This document shows, piece by piece, positions 17,721 through 27,263 of a stretch of 64,000 nucleotides of DNA; the first letter of the stretch is position 1; every line of letters begins with the position of its first letter. The position numbers were made by a program, and so were the translations under genes. A model generated the notes under the pieces. The model did not search any database and was not told where the DNA came from. It saw only the letters and a program-made list of their open reading frames with translations. This stretch comes from Candidatus Woesearchaeota archaeon (GTDB lineage: Archaea; Nanobdellota; Nanobdellia; Woesearchaeales; GW2011-AR9). The stretch is from positions 17,370 to 81,369 of the forward strand of contig JACRPH010000004.1 in assembly GCA_016214025.1 (NCBI GenBank). Reading direction: 5' to 3'.

Positions 17721-20276
17721 ATGGCAGATGAGGCTCAAGAAGCAAGAATTAATGTAAGCAATAATGCGGTAAATGGGGCTCAAAACTCCAACAGCACCAA
17801 AAGTGTCCTAGACATAGACAACGATATCCTCACTCCGGGAATGAAGCAGTATCAGGAAGTGAAAAAGCTCCATCCTGACTGCCTGGTCATGCTAAGGATG
17901 GGAGATTTCTATGAAATGTTCTATCAGGATGCCGTTACCGCGTCCAGAGAATTAGAAATAACTCTCACCTCCAGAGGAAAAGGAGACAAGCGTGCGCCGT
18001 TAGCCGGAATTCCTTATCATGCGTTAGAGCCATACCTAGCGCGATTAGTGAAGAAAGGGCACAAGATAGCTATAGTAGAGCAATTAGAAGATCCTAAACT
18101 TGCCAAAGGCTTGGTAAAAAGAGGATTAGTCCGCATAGTTACTCCGGGAACCATATTTGAATCATCTATGCTGAATGAAAAAGAGAATAATTATTTGATG
18201 GCGCTTACAGCTAGAGGAGAAGAGTTTGGGTTAGCTTTATGTGACGTTTCTACCGGAGAGTTTTCTACCATTACAGCAGAAAGCCTTAACCAACTGCATA
18301 ATATCATTATCCGTTTCAACCCCAGCGAATGCCTCATTCCCGAAAGCCTAAAAGTGAATCAGGAACTGATGGAAAGATTAAGGCATTATGATTGTTTAAT
18401 TAATTCATTGGGAGATTATTTCTTTTCCGTAGAAAAGTCCAGAGAATTGCTGCAGAAACATTTTAACTTATTAACGCTAGATGCATTTGGAATTGCAGAT
18501 AAGCCATTGAATGTTGCAGTTAGCGGAGCTTTACTGAAGTATTTGTTAGACACACAAAAAAACTCCTTAACCCATCTGAAAAAAGTATCTTTAGTTAATG
18601 TGCAGCAAAAGATGCAGTTAGATTCCAGCACTTTACGTAATTTAGAATTAACCCAGAATATTCGTGACGGAACCACCCGAGGAACGTTGCTTTCAGTATT
18701 AGACAAAACCGTAACTTCTTTAGGGGCAAGGCTGCTGCGGAAATGGCTCAAAGAACCGTTATTAAACATAGATGCCATAAACAAACGCTTAGATGCAGTA
18801 GAAGAATTTAATCGCCGGGTAATTCAGCGGGAAGAGATTATCTCTCTATTAGAATCAGTATATGATCTGGAACGCTTAATCAGCAAAGTTAATTATGGCA
18901 GCGCTAATGCCCGCGATTTACTCTCACTGAAAACTTCATTGCAGCAGCTGCCTCAGATTAAGCAGAAGCTGAGCGGATTTGAAAGCTATTTACTACTTGA
19001 AATAAACTTGATAGAAAACCTGCACGAACTAACCGCTTTGCTGGAATCCTCCATTCGGGAAGATGCTCCGGCTACAGTAAGGGAAGGAGGAATAATAAAA
19101 TCCCATTATAATTCTGAATTAGACCAATTACACGATTTGAAGCACAACAGCAAGAAATATCTGCAGGAGTTGGAGGAAAAAGAAAAACATAAGACCGGAA
19201 TACCGTTGCGATTGGGATACACTAAAGTGTTCGGGTATTTTATCGAAGTAACTCACAAAAATGTTCCGATGGTGTCCCCGGATTGGATCCGAAAACAGAC
19301 TACGGTTAATACTGAAAGGTATATTACTCCTGAACTGAAAGAAATCGAAGAGAAAATTCTAACTGCGGAAGAGAAGATTGTGGAGTTAGAGTACCGCCTG
19401 TTCCAAGAGCTGGCACAAAGAGTAGCGGAGAATACGGTTAAGATTCAGGATATTGCATCAAAGATGGCGGTGCTGGATGTATTGTGCTCTTTATCTCGGG
19501 TGGCGCTAGAGAATAATTATGTCAAGCCGGAGATAGTGGGACAGAAGGTTATCCAGATTAAAAACGGCCGGCATCCGGTAGTGGAAAAAATTGAATCAAG
19601 ATTTATTGCTAATGATGTGTTTACTTCGGAAGGAGAGATGCTCATAATTACCGGGCCCAACATGAGTGGAAAATCTACGACCATGCGCCAAGTAGCGCTT
19701 ATTGTATTAATGGCACAAGTCGGCTCATTTGTACCCGCAGAAAAAGCGGTTCTGGGAATAGTAGATAGAATATTTACCCGTGTAGGCGCTTATGATGATT
19801 TAAGTTCAGGACAGTCTACGTTTATGATAGAAATGACCGAAACCGCTAACATCCTGAATAATGCTACGGAAAACAGCTTGATAATTTTGGATGAGATTGG
19901 AAGGGGAACTTCTACCTTTGATGGGGTTTCTATCGCTTGGAGTGTAGCGGAGTATCTTATTAATCACACTAAAGCTAAAACTTTGTTCAGTACGCACTAT
20001 CATGTGTTGAATAAGCTGGCAGAGAAGTTTTCTCGGATTAAGAATTATAATATTGCGGTGCGCGAGAGTAAAGGAGAAGTTATTTTCCTGCATAAGTTAA
20101 TCGAGGGAGGAACGGATGAGAGTTACGGGATTCATGTAGCGAAGCTAGCCGGATTGCCGGAAGAAGTAGTGAAGAGAGCAGAAGAAATTCAGGGAATATT
20201 GCAGGCAGATGATGAGATGATGCGGAAGATAAAAGCGAAGAAATTAACTGAGCAGATGAGTCTGGAGAAGTTTTGA
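17721..20276 (+). CDS. mutS: DNA mismatch repair protein MutS (MutS1 type)
   Basis: TPGMKQY, RMGDFYEMF, GPNMSGKST, IFTRVGA, STFMIEM, LDEIGRGTST, STHYH, SYGIHVAKLAG. Confidence 0.97.
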   Translation: MADEAQEARINVSNNAVNGAQNSNSTKSVLDIDNDILTPGMKQYQEVKKLHPDCLVMLRMGDFYEMFYQDAVTASRELEITLTSRGKGDKRAPLAGIPYHALEPYLARLVKKGHKIAIVEQLEDPKLAKGLVKRGLVRIVTPGTIFESSMLNEKENNYLMALTARGEEFGLALCDVSTGEFSTITAESLNQLHNIIIRFNPSECLIPESLKVNQELMERLRHYDCLINSLGDYFFSVEKSRELLQKHFNLLTLDAFGIADKPLNVAVSGALLKYLLDTQKNSLTHLKKVSLVNVQQKMQLDSSTLRNLELTQNIRDGTTRGTLLSVLDKTVTSLGARLLRKWLKEPLLNIDAINKRLDAVEEFNRRVIQREEIISLLESVYDLERLISKVNYGSANARDLLSLKTSLQQLPQIKQKLSGFESYLLLEINLIENLHELTALLESSIREDAPATVREGGIIKSHYNSELDQLHDLKHNSKKYLQELEEKEKHKTGIPLRLGYTKVFGYFIEVTHKNVPMVSPDWIRKQTTVNTERYITPELKEIEEKILTAEEKIVELEYRLFQELAQRVAENTVKIQDIASKMAVLDVLCSLSRVALENNYVKPEIVGQKVIQIKNGRHPVVEKIESRFIANDVFTSEGEMLIITGPNMSGKSTTMRQVALIVLMAQVGSFVPAEKAVLGIVDRIFTRVGAYDDLSSGQSTFMIEMTETANILNNATENSLIILDEIGRGTSTFDGVSIAWSVAEYLINHTKAKTLFSTHYHVLNKLAEKFSRIKNYNIAVRESKGEVIFLHKLIEGGTDESYGIHVAKLAGLPEEVVKRAEEIQGILQADDEMMRKIKAKKLTEQMSLEKF

Positions 20277-20286
20277 GAAGGCAATA

Positions 20287-20631
20287 TTATTGTAATCGGG
20301 GCATTCTTATTTCAGAAACACGCACAGAAATATCTACCCCGGCAGATTTAGCATAATTCTCAGCCTGGGTCAAGTAACGATTGGCTTCTTCTAGTTTACC
20401 ACCGCTTACTGCTTTCTCGGCTTCGGATAAGGTGAAATTTATGGCTAAAGTATAGTAAGTTAAGTTTATTCTCTCAATTCTGGGGGTAATGTCGAAATTT
20501 ATCTTTTTAGCATCTATAAGCGCATCATCAATGCAACATTTCATGTACGGCCAATTGCCTTTCTCGGCCGAAGTTTGTGCAAAGGTAAGACGTTCCTCTA
20601 TTTTCTTGGTGATGTCATCAGTTGTAGCCAT
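20287..20631 (-). CDS. Hypothetical helical protein with two internal repeats
   Basis: A..I..DI..RI..I pattern occurs twice (AKKINFDITPRIERI / AKSAGVDISVRVSEI). Confidence 0.6.
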   Translation of the reverse strand: MATTDDITKKIEERLTFAQTSAEKGNWPYMKCCIDDALIDAKKINFDITPRIERINLTYYTLAINFTLSEAEKAVSGGKLEEANRYLTQAENYAKSAGVDISVRVSEIRMPRLQ

Positions 20632-20666
20632 ACTAATTTAGTTCTAAACTAACTCAATAATAAAGT

Positions 20667-21215
20667 TTACTGTTCTTCCGAAAACACTTCTGCCTGATAA
20701 GTGTAAATGGCAGCATCTTTCCAGGCGTCTGGGCCGAGGCCGGCTTTCCAGCTTAAATGCTGCAGAAATTCAAAGGGGTCTGGAATCTGCTCCCACACTT
20801 GAGGCAGGAAAGTAGCTTGATGCCCTTTCTTTTCCAGGATTACACCATCAATTTTGGGGCGGAGCTTCTGGATAGGCTCTTTTGGCTCTTTAAATTCGAG
20901 CTTTTGGGGTACGCTGAGGATGGATATTTCCAGTTCTATTTCTTTCAGCTCTTCTTTTCGCAGGGCAGGAAAGCGCGGGTCGTGGAAAGCGGCGTTTAAT
21001 GCGTTCTCCTTCACTCCCAAGTACAGCGATTTAACTGGTTGAATATAACCAATACAGCCTCTCAGTTCGCCATGTTTGTGCAAAGTTACAAATACACCAT
21101 GCTTTGCTTGGAATTCTTTTGGGATGAGATCTAATCCATAATTCTTGCCGGATAATTTTGCGGCGATAGTTTTACGGGCTAAGTCCAGCAGGATTTTGCG
21201 GTGGAGTTCGTTCAT
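20667..21215 (-). CDS. amrA: AmmeMemoRadiSam system protein A (AMMECR1 family)
   Basis: GVFVTLHKHGELRGCIG, AAFHDPRF, EISILS, ATFLPQVWEQ, KAGL. Confidence 0.93.
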   Translation of the reverse strand: MNELHRKILLDLARKTIAAKLSGKNYGLDLIPKEFQAKHGVFVTLHKHGELRGCIGYIQPVKSLYLGVKENALNAAFHDPRFPALRKEELKEIELEISILSVPQKLEFKEPKEPIQKLRPKIDGVILEKKGHQATFLPQVWEQIPDPFEFLQHLSWKAGLGPDAWKDAAIYTYQAEVFSEEQ

Positions 21216-21383
21216 TTAGAGGCAAATGTTATTGGGGGATTTAAGATTTTCGCAAGGAAATTGAGAAAACAGTGGCGGGAAAATGTATGTGGAGATTATC
21301 CTTCTTCAGCACCGCTGCTTCGTCTCTAGGACCTTTTACCCCCTCATCCCGGCCATCTAGCCGTGTTAGAAATAACATACCTT

Positions 21384-22313
21384 TTACCCCCTATATCCCC
21401 TTAAAAACCGCATTATCTTGTCGTAAAGCAATGGAGTATGTTTAAATATTTCCCGTTCTACCTCGTCCACGCTGCCAGTCTTACGAAGTAAAGCTTCCAG
21501 CCCTCTTTCTGCTGCAAATGTGCTGGTTAACCGTGCATCGCCTATCTTTATTAATTCTGTAGCTAATTTGGATTCTTCTTCTCCCAAAATAACGATTCCT
21601 TTCTGGTCAAAATAGCTTATAGTTGGAGTACCACCCACACCAGGATTAATCTCGCTGGCAGCGTTAGTGGCGCGAATAAGAGCTGCCATTCCCGGAACAA
21701 GCGAAATATTTTTCCGCCCCTCCCGGCTTTGATCTTTTACAAATGAACAAAGTACTTTATCAGATTCATCTGAACCAGAGCCAATGGCCCAGTAGGGCTG
21801 TGGAATCTTATTCGGAAGGTGTCCCATCCAAACCTGGTACAGGCTTACCCCCTCCGAATCTTTCCCGATAACGATGAATCCGTTATTAAATCGCTCGGCC
21901 ATGCTTTGGACACTGGCAGTAAGAGCTTCTTTTATTTCTGCGATAAGATGTGGACCAACTCCCTGTCCACTAATTGCAGTTGATGTATCTATCCCAAATT
22001 TGGACTTTAAACATAAATCGATCATATTTCTTTTCATTCCAGTCGCAATACCCGAAAGCGCTTCAGCAATATCACTTACGGTATAAGTTTTTCCTTCTGT
22101 AACTTCATTTGCGAAATGTTTAGCCAAAGCAGAAGTTGCTTCATAAAGTAAGTCCGCATGCCCCGAACCACCAGTTAGAGCGTACGTTCCATTGCTTTTG
22201 ATAGGAATTACTTTATCGGCAAAGTCATACTTCCTCATGGTGCTAGAACTCTGGGAGTCCGTAACCATTCCCCCTTCATTTTCATTAAATTTCATCGCAT
22301 TGATTGCAGTCAT
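21384..22313 (-). CDS. Proteasome-beta-like Ntn hydrolase without propeptide
   Basis: N-terminal M-T, D at the D17-equivalent position (VTDSQ), K in ADKV, GSG..D, AIGSGS, GVGG motifs and a ~70-aa C-terminal extension. Confidence 0.65.
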   Translation of the reverse strand: MTAINAMKFNENEGGMVTDSQSSSTMRKYDFADKVIPIKSNGTYALTGGSGHADLLYEATSALAKHFANEVTEGKTYTVSDIAEALSGIATGMKRNMIDLCLKSKFGIDTSTAISGQGVGPHLIAEIKEALTASVQSMAERFNNGFIVIGKDSEGVSLYQVWMGHLPNKIPQPYWAIGSGSDESDKVLCSFVKDQSREGRKNISLVPGMAALIRATNAASEINPGVGGTPTISYFDQKGIVILGEEESKLATELIKIGDARLTSTFAAERGLEALLRKTGSVDEVEREIFKHTPLLYDKIMRFLRGYRG

Positions 22314-22427
22314 GTTTGTTCACCACCACAGCCATAATTACTGCTCTTTTTAAGCTTTTCTGTTTTTGCTTTCTGCAAGTAGTAACTGTTTCATAAGATT
22401 TAAAAACAAACCGCCCTTTGGAAGAAT

Positions 22428-23186
22428 ATGCATAGAAAAACCCCGCTTCTTACTCTTTCCTATCTCCTTGGAAGTTTTTTTCTAAACAGTGGCTCTGCTG
22501 CCCCGCCTAAACAAATAAACTTGGGGTTAGGAAGTGCCGTCACCCTCTCTGAGCTAATCGTTAATACCGGTGAGCAGCATTATTCTTTTAAAAGAAGCAG
22601 GAGAGATGGAGAGCAAGATTTGTATCGGAGATGCTTAGACAGCACTTTAGAGGAAGCATGGGTTTTTGTGAGATATTCGAATTATGGAGAATGGTGGCAC
22701 GAAGCGGGAGAAAATGAAAACGAAGCAGAGAAAACCGCTTCTTTAGGCCTGACCCAAAAACATTTAGCCCCTCCGGAAACGATAGAAGAAATATCTCTTT
22801 ACCATTTCCACTCGGATAAAATCACCGGTAAAGGCTTCGCTTCGGAGACCCCTTCTTTGAAAGATATAACTGATGGCGCCATAAAAGCAGCTGATTTTGT
22901 GAAGTCTGTCTCTCCGGAATTGCTGGGGAAGTTAGAGTTTAAGATAGTAGTTTCTTCGGGAATTTATACTATGAGGGTAGATGTTAAAGCTCTGGAAGAC
23001 CAAGCGGTCCTAAAAGAAACCCTGGATACGGCTCGTTCTATGGAAGATGAGCGGTGGAAAGTCACTTTAGGAACTTCAGAATTTGATTATTCTCCCGGCA
23101 ATAGGGTTAATTTCCCTCGATTGAACCAGGAATTTGCCCGGAGATATAGCAGCGGGGGAGTAAAGCTCGAATTTGTGCCGAAGTGA
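22428..23186 (+). CDS. Putative exported protein with JAB/MPN-like metal motif
   Basis: Signal-peptide-like N-terminus. EEAWVF...YHFHS...PSLKD fits E...HxH...PSxxD. Confidence 0.5.
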   Translation: MHRKTPLLTLSYLLGSFFLNSGSAAPPKQINLGLGSAVTLSELIVNTGEQHYSFKRSRRDGEQDLYRRCLDSTLEEAWVFVRYSNYGEWWHEAGENENEAEKTASLGLTQKHLAPPETIEEISLYHFHSDKITGKGFASETPSLKDITDGAIKAADFVKSVSPELLGKLEFKIVVSSGIYTMRVDVKALEDQAVLKETLDTARSMEDERWKVTLGTSEFDYSPGNRVNFPRLNQEFARRYSSGGVKLEFVPK

Positions 23187-23213
23187 TTAAGCGTATATCT
23201 TCATTCAATCAAT

Positions 23214-23597
23214 TCATTCTTTAGCCCAACCCCACATCACTTCAAAATATTTCTTAAAAGAATCAGCCACTTTTTTGTCTTTTACTCTAAATGCTACCGG
23301 ATTTTTAATCCACAACGCAATAAAAACCACGTCTTTGTAAATGTTTATCGTAGCCGGAGTTTCCTGGTTCAAAAATCGGTTTTCGGTAATGAATGAAGCT
23401 TGTTCATATTTGAACGTATCTCGGGCGCTTTCGTTGTAGATGACTTTCCATTTCATCTTTTTCTGCTCGCATTTCTTAATAATCTTGGTGATTAATTGAT
23501 CAGTTCTTTCTTTATCTTCTCCAGGATATGCTCCTAAGATATACCAAGTATCATTTTTGCCCATCACCCGAATGCCTTCATTGAAAACAGTTTCCAT
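23214..23597 (-). pseudogene. C-terminal remnant of a TrmB-family regulator
   Basis: KGMETVF...INIYKDVVFI...ADSFKKYFEVMW. No wHTH upstream. Confidence 0.7.
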
Positions 23598-23807
23598 CCC
23601 TTTCCCTCGGGCAGCTAGGAGATTTTCCTAAGCCAGATTGCTCTTTAGATAAATCCTACTGCACTCTTGATGCGCTGGAGTTGCTCGTAACCAAAATTAT
23701 GGGAACCCCTCATTGAAGTTGGTGAAAACTAAAGCACTAGCCAAACTCTGCATTCAAAATTTCCACCCGAAAAGCTTATATACTATAGCCATTATAGCAG
23801 CTATAGA

Positions 23808-24011
23808 ATGAACTCTACTATCCAGCTCAGTGTGGAAACGAAACAGCTGATTAGTACTTTTGGCAGTAAAGAAGATACTTACGAAGACATCATCAAAAGG
23901 ATGTACGATCTGGCAACGAAAGAGCAATTACGGCAATTCCTGCTTTCTTCAGAAGACACCATATCAATAGATGAAGCCATCCGGAGAACTAAGAAGAAAT
24001 GGCGAAGGTAG
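23808..24011 (+). CDS. Putative antitoxin (RHH-like)
   Basis: STIQLSVETKQL...DTYEDIIKRM and ISIDEA tail. Overlaps the downstream toxin-like gene. Confidence 0.7.
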   Translation: MNSTIQLSVETKQLISTFGSKEDTYEDIIKRMYDLATKEQLRQFLLSSEDTISIDEAIRRTKKKWRR

Positions 24012-24340
24012 AGATTACTGAATCACTTCTGGCACAAATAAACAAGAAATTTAAGCAGGAAAGCATTGAAGTCTTACAACATTTAAAGAGCCTCGAATCT
24101 TCTCCTCATAAAGGAAAAATTCTGGGAACGGTAGGCGCTTTAGTGATAAAAGAGCTGAAGTATTCGGGGTTTAGATTTTATTTTATTACGGATGGGTTTA
24201 AAATTAAGTGCCTAGAAGAGGAGAAGCTGGTTGATTTGCTGTTGCGGTTCGTAAGAATGTCTGATAAAAATCACCAACAGGAGACAATAAATGAGATAAG
24301 GCATATACTCATAACTATTGGAGTGAGTGGGTTTAAGTGA
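23999..24340 (+). CDS. RelE-like toxin
   Basis: LESSPHKGKIL...IKELKYSGFRFYFI, coupled to the upstream small gene. Confidence 0.65.
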   Translation: MAKVEITESLLAQINKKFKQESIEVLQHLKSLESSPHKGKILGTVGALVIKELKYSGFRFYFITDGFKIKCLEEEKLVDLLLRFVRMSDKNHQQETINEIRHILITIGVSGFK

Positions 24341-24345
24341 AACTC

Positions 24346-25002
24346 TCACACCCACTTCACTGCCACCGTCCCCGGTCCTCTTCTGCCTAAAATGGGGCCG
24401 TCGTCATACAACAATCCTGCCGCAGCCATATTATCACGAGCCATGCGCGCACAAGAAAACGTAGCCAATATCGCTGAATTCTTCATCACTCTCCACATCT
24501 CTTTAAAGAAATCCACCCCCCACATCTCCGGAGAAGATTGAGGAGAAAATGGGTCAAAGAAAACTGCATCAAAGTAATTGTCCGGCAATTTCTTGCTGGT
24601 TTCCCGGGCATCGCCTAGGATGTACTTTACGGATACTTTTCCTTCCGTGAAAGCTAGATTCTGCGGAGTAATTTTCTGGTAATGCTGGAAGAACTTTATG
24701 GGCGGAGCTACTTCCTGAATCTTCTGGATGATTTCAGAGTCATATTCCAATCCGATAATCTCAATCTCGCAATCAGGATTTTCCTCCAGAGCCACATCAA
24801 TGGCCATAGCTGAATTATACCCTATTCCAGCACAAACATCTAAAATTGTTACTTTTCCGGTTTTAGCTAGTTCTTTTATCTTGCACGGAATCGCATACTT
24901 CTTCAGTGCTTCTTCTACTGCTCCGGTCTGCGAGTGATACGTTTCTTTGACTTGCTCATTAAGGAAAGTTTCCGAGCCGTCTCTGGTGATGACTTTTTGC
25001 AT
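24346..25002 (-). CDS. MnmC/MnmD-like SAM-dependent tRNA methyltransferase
   Basis: TRDGSET, ETYHS..GAVEEA, LDVCAGIGYN, GDARE, FDAVFFDPFSP..SPEMW. ATG 25002 preferred. Confidence 0.85.
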   Translation of the reverse strand: MQKVITRDGSETFLNEQVKETYHSQTGAVEEALKKYAIPCKIKELAKTGKVTILDVCAGIGYNSAMAIDVALEENPDCEIEIIGLEYDSEIIQKIQEVAPPIKFFQHYQKITPQNLAFTEGKVSVKYILGDARETSKKLPDNYFDAVFFDPFSPQSSPEMWGVDFFKEMWRVMKNSAILATFSCARMARDNMAAAGLLYDDGPILGRRGPGTVAVKWV

Positions 25003-25024
25003 GAATTGTTGAAAGTGGGAGTGA

Positions 25025-25846
25025 TTAATTAAGGTTGTGTTTGGTACTTTTCTCAATCTCTCTCCCCCACCTTTCATCTTCAATCCCTGCCATAAAATCT
25101 TGGGGCTTTTCTGGCCATTTTTCTTTGACTAGTTTCCAGATGTAGTTCAACATTCTCCGAGGAATTATCTCACCGTATTTATTTCTGATTCGGCACAATT
25201 GCTCGTAGACCCAAAAGCGCCATAAAGCCTTGCCTTCTTGCCGATGCAACTCTTGTTTGATTACTTTCCAGTCTAGACCTTCTCCAATCAAAACGCGGCA
25301 GTCATCCACATCTTTCTCCCGATCGGTAATGGATTTAAACAGGAAAATATCTTCACTGGAAACCAAACGAACCTCTAAATTGCTCCAAGCCGCATATCTC
25401 TCGCTTCTGTTCTGTATCTCTTTAGTTAGTTCCAGCTGGCTGCAGACGGTTTTGATAAAAACATCAATTCTCCGGTCGTCTTTCATGAAAACGATGATTG
25501 ATGTTTTGTAAAAATTGGGAGAAAAAGTTTCTTCATGGCAGCTGTATCCCAAATTAACCAGAGCCGATTTTAGGCGGTCGTATTCTTTTTTAGTCAGCAC
25601 TACTAAATCAATGTCTTTAGTCACCGCTTTTATCTCAAATGTTGGGTCTAATACCCCGTAGCTTGCTACGATTTGCAATACTCAACATTTGAGATTAGGA
25701 GACCCGCAGGTCGAGTTTATTTCTTTCAAAGACATATTACAGCCGCCAATTAGAAAAATAGTGGTCTCATCTTTCAGCCTTTTTCCCACTTGTTTTAGCA
25801 ATTCAACGATGTCTTCCTTACTGAACTCTTTTAGCATCTTTTCCAT
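25025..25846 (-). pseudogene. Nucleotidyltransferase (AbiEii/DUF6036-like) interrupted by an 87-bp insertion carrying a TGA
   Basis: MEKMLKEFSKEDI...FLIGGCNMSLKEI-[insert]-KAVTKDIDLVV...EDIFLFKSITDREKDVDD. The GG...TxDxD motif is split by the insert. Confidence 0.8.
25634..25715. mobile_element. 82-bp hairpin-rich MITE-like insertion with 5-bp target-site duplication
   Basis: TTTAT duplicated at 25629-25633 and 25716-25720. Inverted repeat ATCTCAAATGTTG/CAACATTTGAGAT and central CGTAGC-TT-GCTACG. Removal restores the coding sequence exactly. Confidence 0.75.
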
Positions 25847-26736
25847 TGTATCCCATAAACCTCAAAAAATTCTTTAAGCTCACTTTCTTTAATGAAAGGC
25901 AATATTCTGGTTTTTTCCTGCTTTAATATTCTTTCTAAATCTTCTAGCTGTTCCAAACAGTCATATTCCCTTGCCAGCTCTTCTAGTTTTTTCCGGTTTA
26001 GTTTATGTTTTAAATAGAAAGTTAAACCTAACAAGACCAGTCTGGCATGATCCATCTCCAGGATGCTGTGAATAAAAATCTCCTCTTTACTTAATTTATG
26101 AAGAGGCAGGTAGCAGCAGAATGTATTTAGATAGATCGGAATCCCAAATTCTGGATAACGGCTAAATCCAGTCAACGTTCCTTCTACCTCTTCTTTTCTT
26201 CTGGTTTCAAACAAGACCCTTTTTTCAAACTTCCATAAGATATTGGCTTTTTTACCAGAAAAAAATCTCAATTCCTTCAGAAATTCTTCCAGATTAGGGT
26301 ACATCTTGGGATTAAAAGAGATGATTTGATAGTTCTTTTCTCTCACTAAGAGCCCTCTTCTTTGCATTATTGCCACCCGGTTTTGAATTGCTTTGACTGA
26401 AGTTCCCACATTTTTAGCAATAATTTTAATGGTTTTAGGGGTTAGAACACAAAACATCAGAATTCTTAAATTTAAACCGGTTAAGAAAATTTCAAAGCCA
26501 AACTGTGGTTCTGTGTCCGCCAGCTTTATCAATTTCGATATCGGAGAAGCGCGGCTGGGAAAGTATCGGACTAAATTGCCTTTCCGTTCCTTTTCACAAA
26601 ATCCTAGTTTAGTTAACTTATTTAGTAAATTAGACACCCAAGAAACTGAAAATCCAGTTTGCTGGCTAATTGTCTTTAAACCATTGTTCCCTCTAATCAA
26701 ACTAATTAAAACCCTCATTAAAGGCTTGCTTAACAT
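25831..26736 (-). CDS. Double winged-helix protein, partner of the downstream nucleotidyltransferase
   Basis: Two HTH segments (ISQQTGFSVSWVSNLLNKLTKLG; IAKNVGTSVKAIQNRV) and LTGFSRYPEFGI. Overlaps the NTase start. Confidence 0.75.
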   Translation of the reverse strand: MLSKPLMRVLISLIRGNNGLKTISQQTGFSVSWVSNLLNKLTKLGFCEKERKGNLVRYFPSRASPISKLIKLADTEPQFGFEIFLTGLNLRILMFCVLTPKTIKIIAKNVGTSVKAIQNRVAIMQRRGLLVREKNYQIISFNPKMYPNLEEFLKELRFFSGKKANILWKFEKRVLFETRRKEEVEGTLTGFSRYPEFGIPIYLNTFCCYLPLHKLSKEEIFIHSILEMDHARLVLLGLTFYLKHKLNRKKLEELAREYDCLEQLEDLERILKQEKTRILPFIKESELKEFFEVYGIQWKRC

Positions 26737-26755
26737 GTTCAAAGTCCATGTAATC

Positions 26756-26786
26756 CAAAATACTTTATAAACTTTTTGGTATTTTG
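26756..26786. promoter_or_regulatory. Inverted repeat flanking a TATA box, putative autoregulatory operator
   Basis: CAAAATAC-TTTATAAACTTTTTG-GTATTTTG just upstream of the wHTH gene. Confidence 0.45.
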
Positions 26787-26930
26787 TGGGGAAAAGTCAA
26801 AGTTTTAGAGTTTCAAGACTGCACCCCTAGTTGTTTCGTACGCTCAGTAATCCTAAAGCATATACCCCCTATATCCCAAATAGGAAAAGTATATATACTA
26901 ATGTAAATCTTTCCAAGCATTATACAAATA

Positions 26931-27263
26931 ATGGGGGTGGGCGGCATGAAAATAGTTATTTCTCCAGAAAACAGCTGCGTAGGCTGTAACCAAGCTATTA
27001 CTAATCCCATCTGTCCGAACTGCCTGGCCAAGCAGATGCGGGTAATGGTCTCCGAACATGATCCGGAATTAGCCAAGCATATTGCCGGAACCTTTGTAGA
27101 AGGAGAAACACATTGCATCCAATGCGGCAGGAGTATGGGCCTATGCGCACATTGCTTCAGCCGGGAAATTTATGAGCTTATCGCAGAGAAAGGGCCGGAG
27201 ATAGCTTCAGAATTCATCCAGAGATTTGATTTTGAATTGAGAAAGCCGGTAGCTATGTTTTAA
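26931..27263 (+). CDS. Small Cys-rich (four CxxC) protein, paralog of 48825..49136
   Basis: CVGC, NPICPNCLA, CIQC, GLCAHCFS, FDFELR. Start may be ATG 26946. Confidence 0.75.
   Translation: MGVGGMKIVISPENSCVGCNQAITNPICPNCLAKQMRVMVSEHDPELAKHIAGTFVEGETHCIQCGRSMGLCAHCFSREIYELIAEKGPEIASEFIQRFDFELRKPVAMF

Noticed and set aside
25634..25715. Bulge-helix-bulge intron or selenocysteine readthrough of the in-frame TGA
   Set aside because: The junction sequences do not pair into a BHB, a target-site duplication is present, and the TGA lies in non-homologous inserted sequence.
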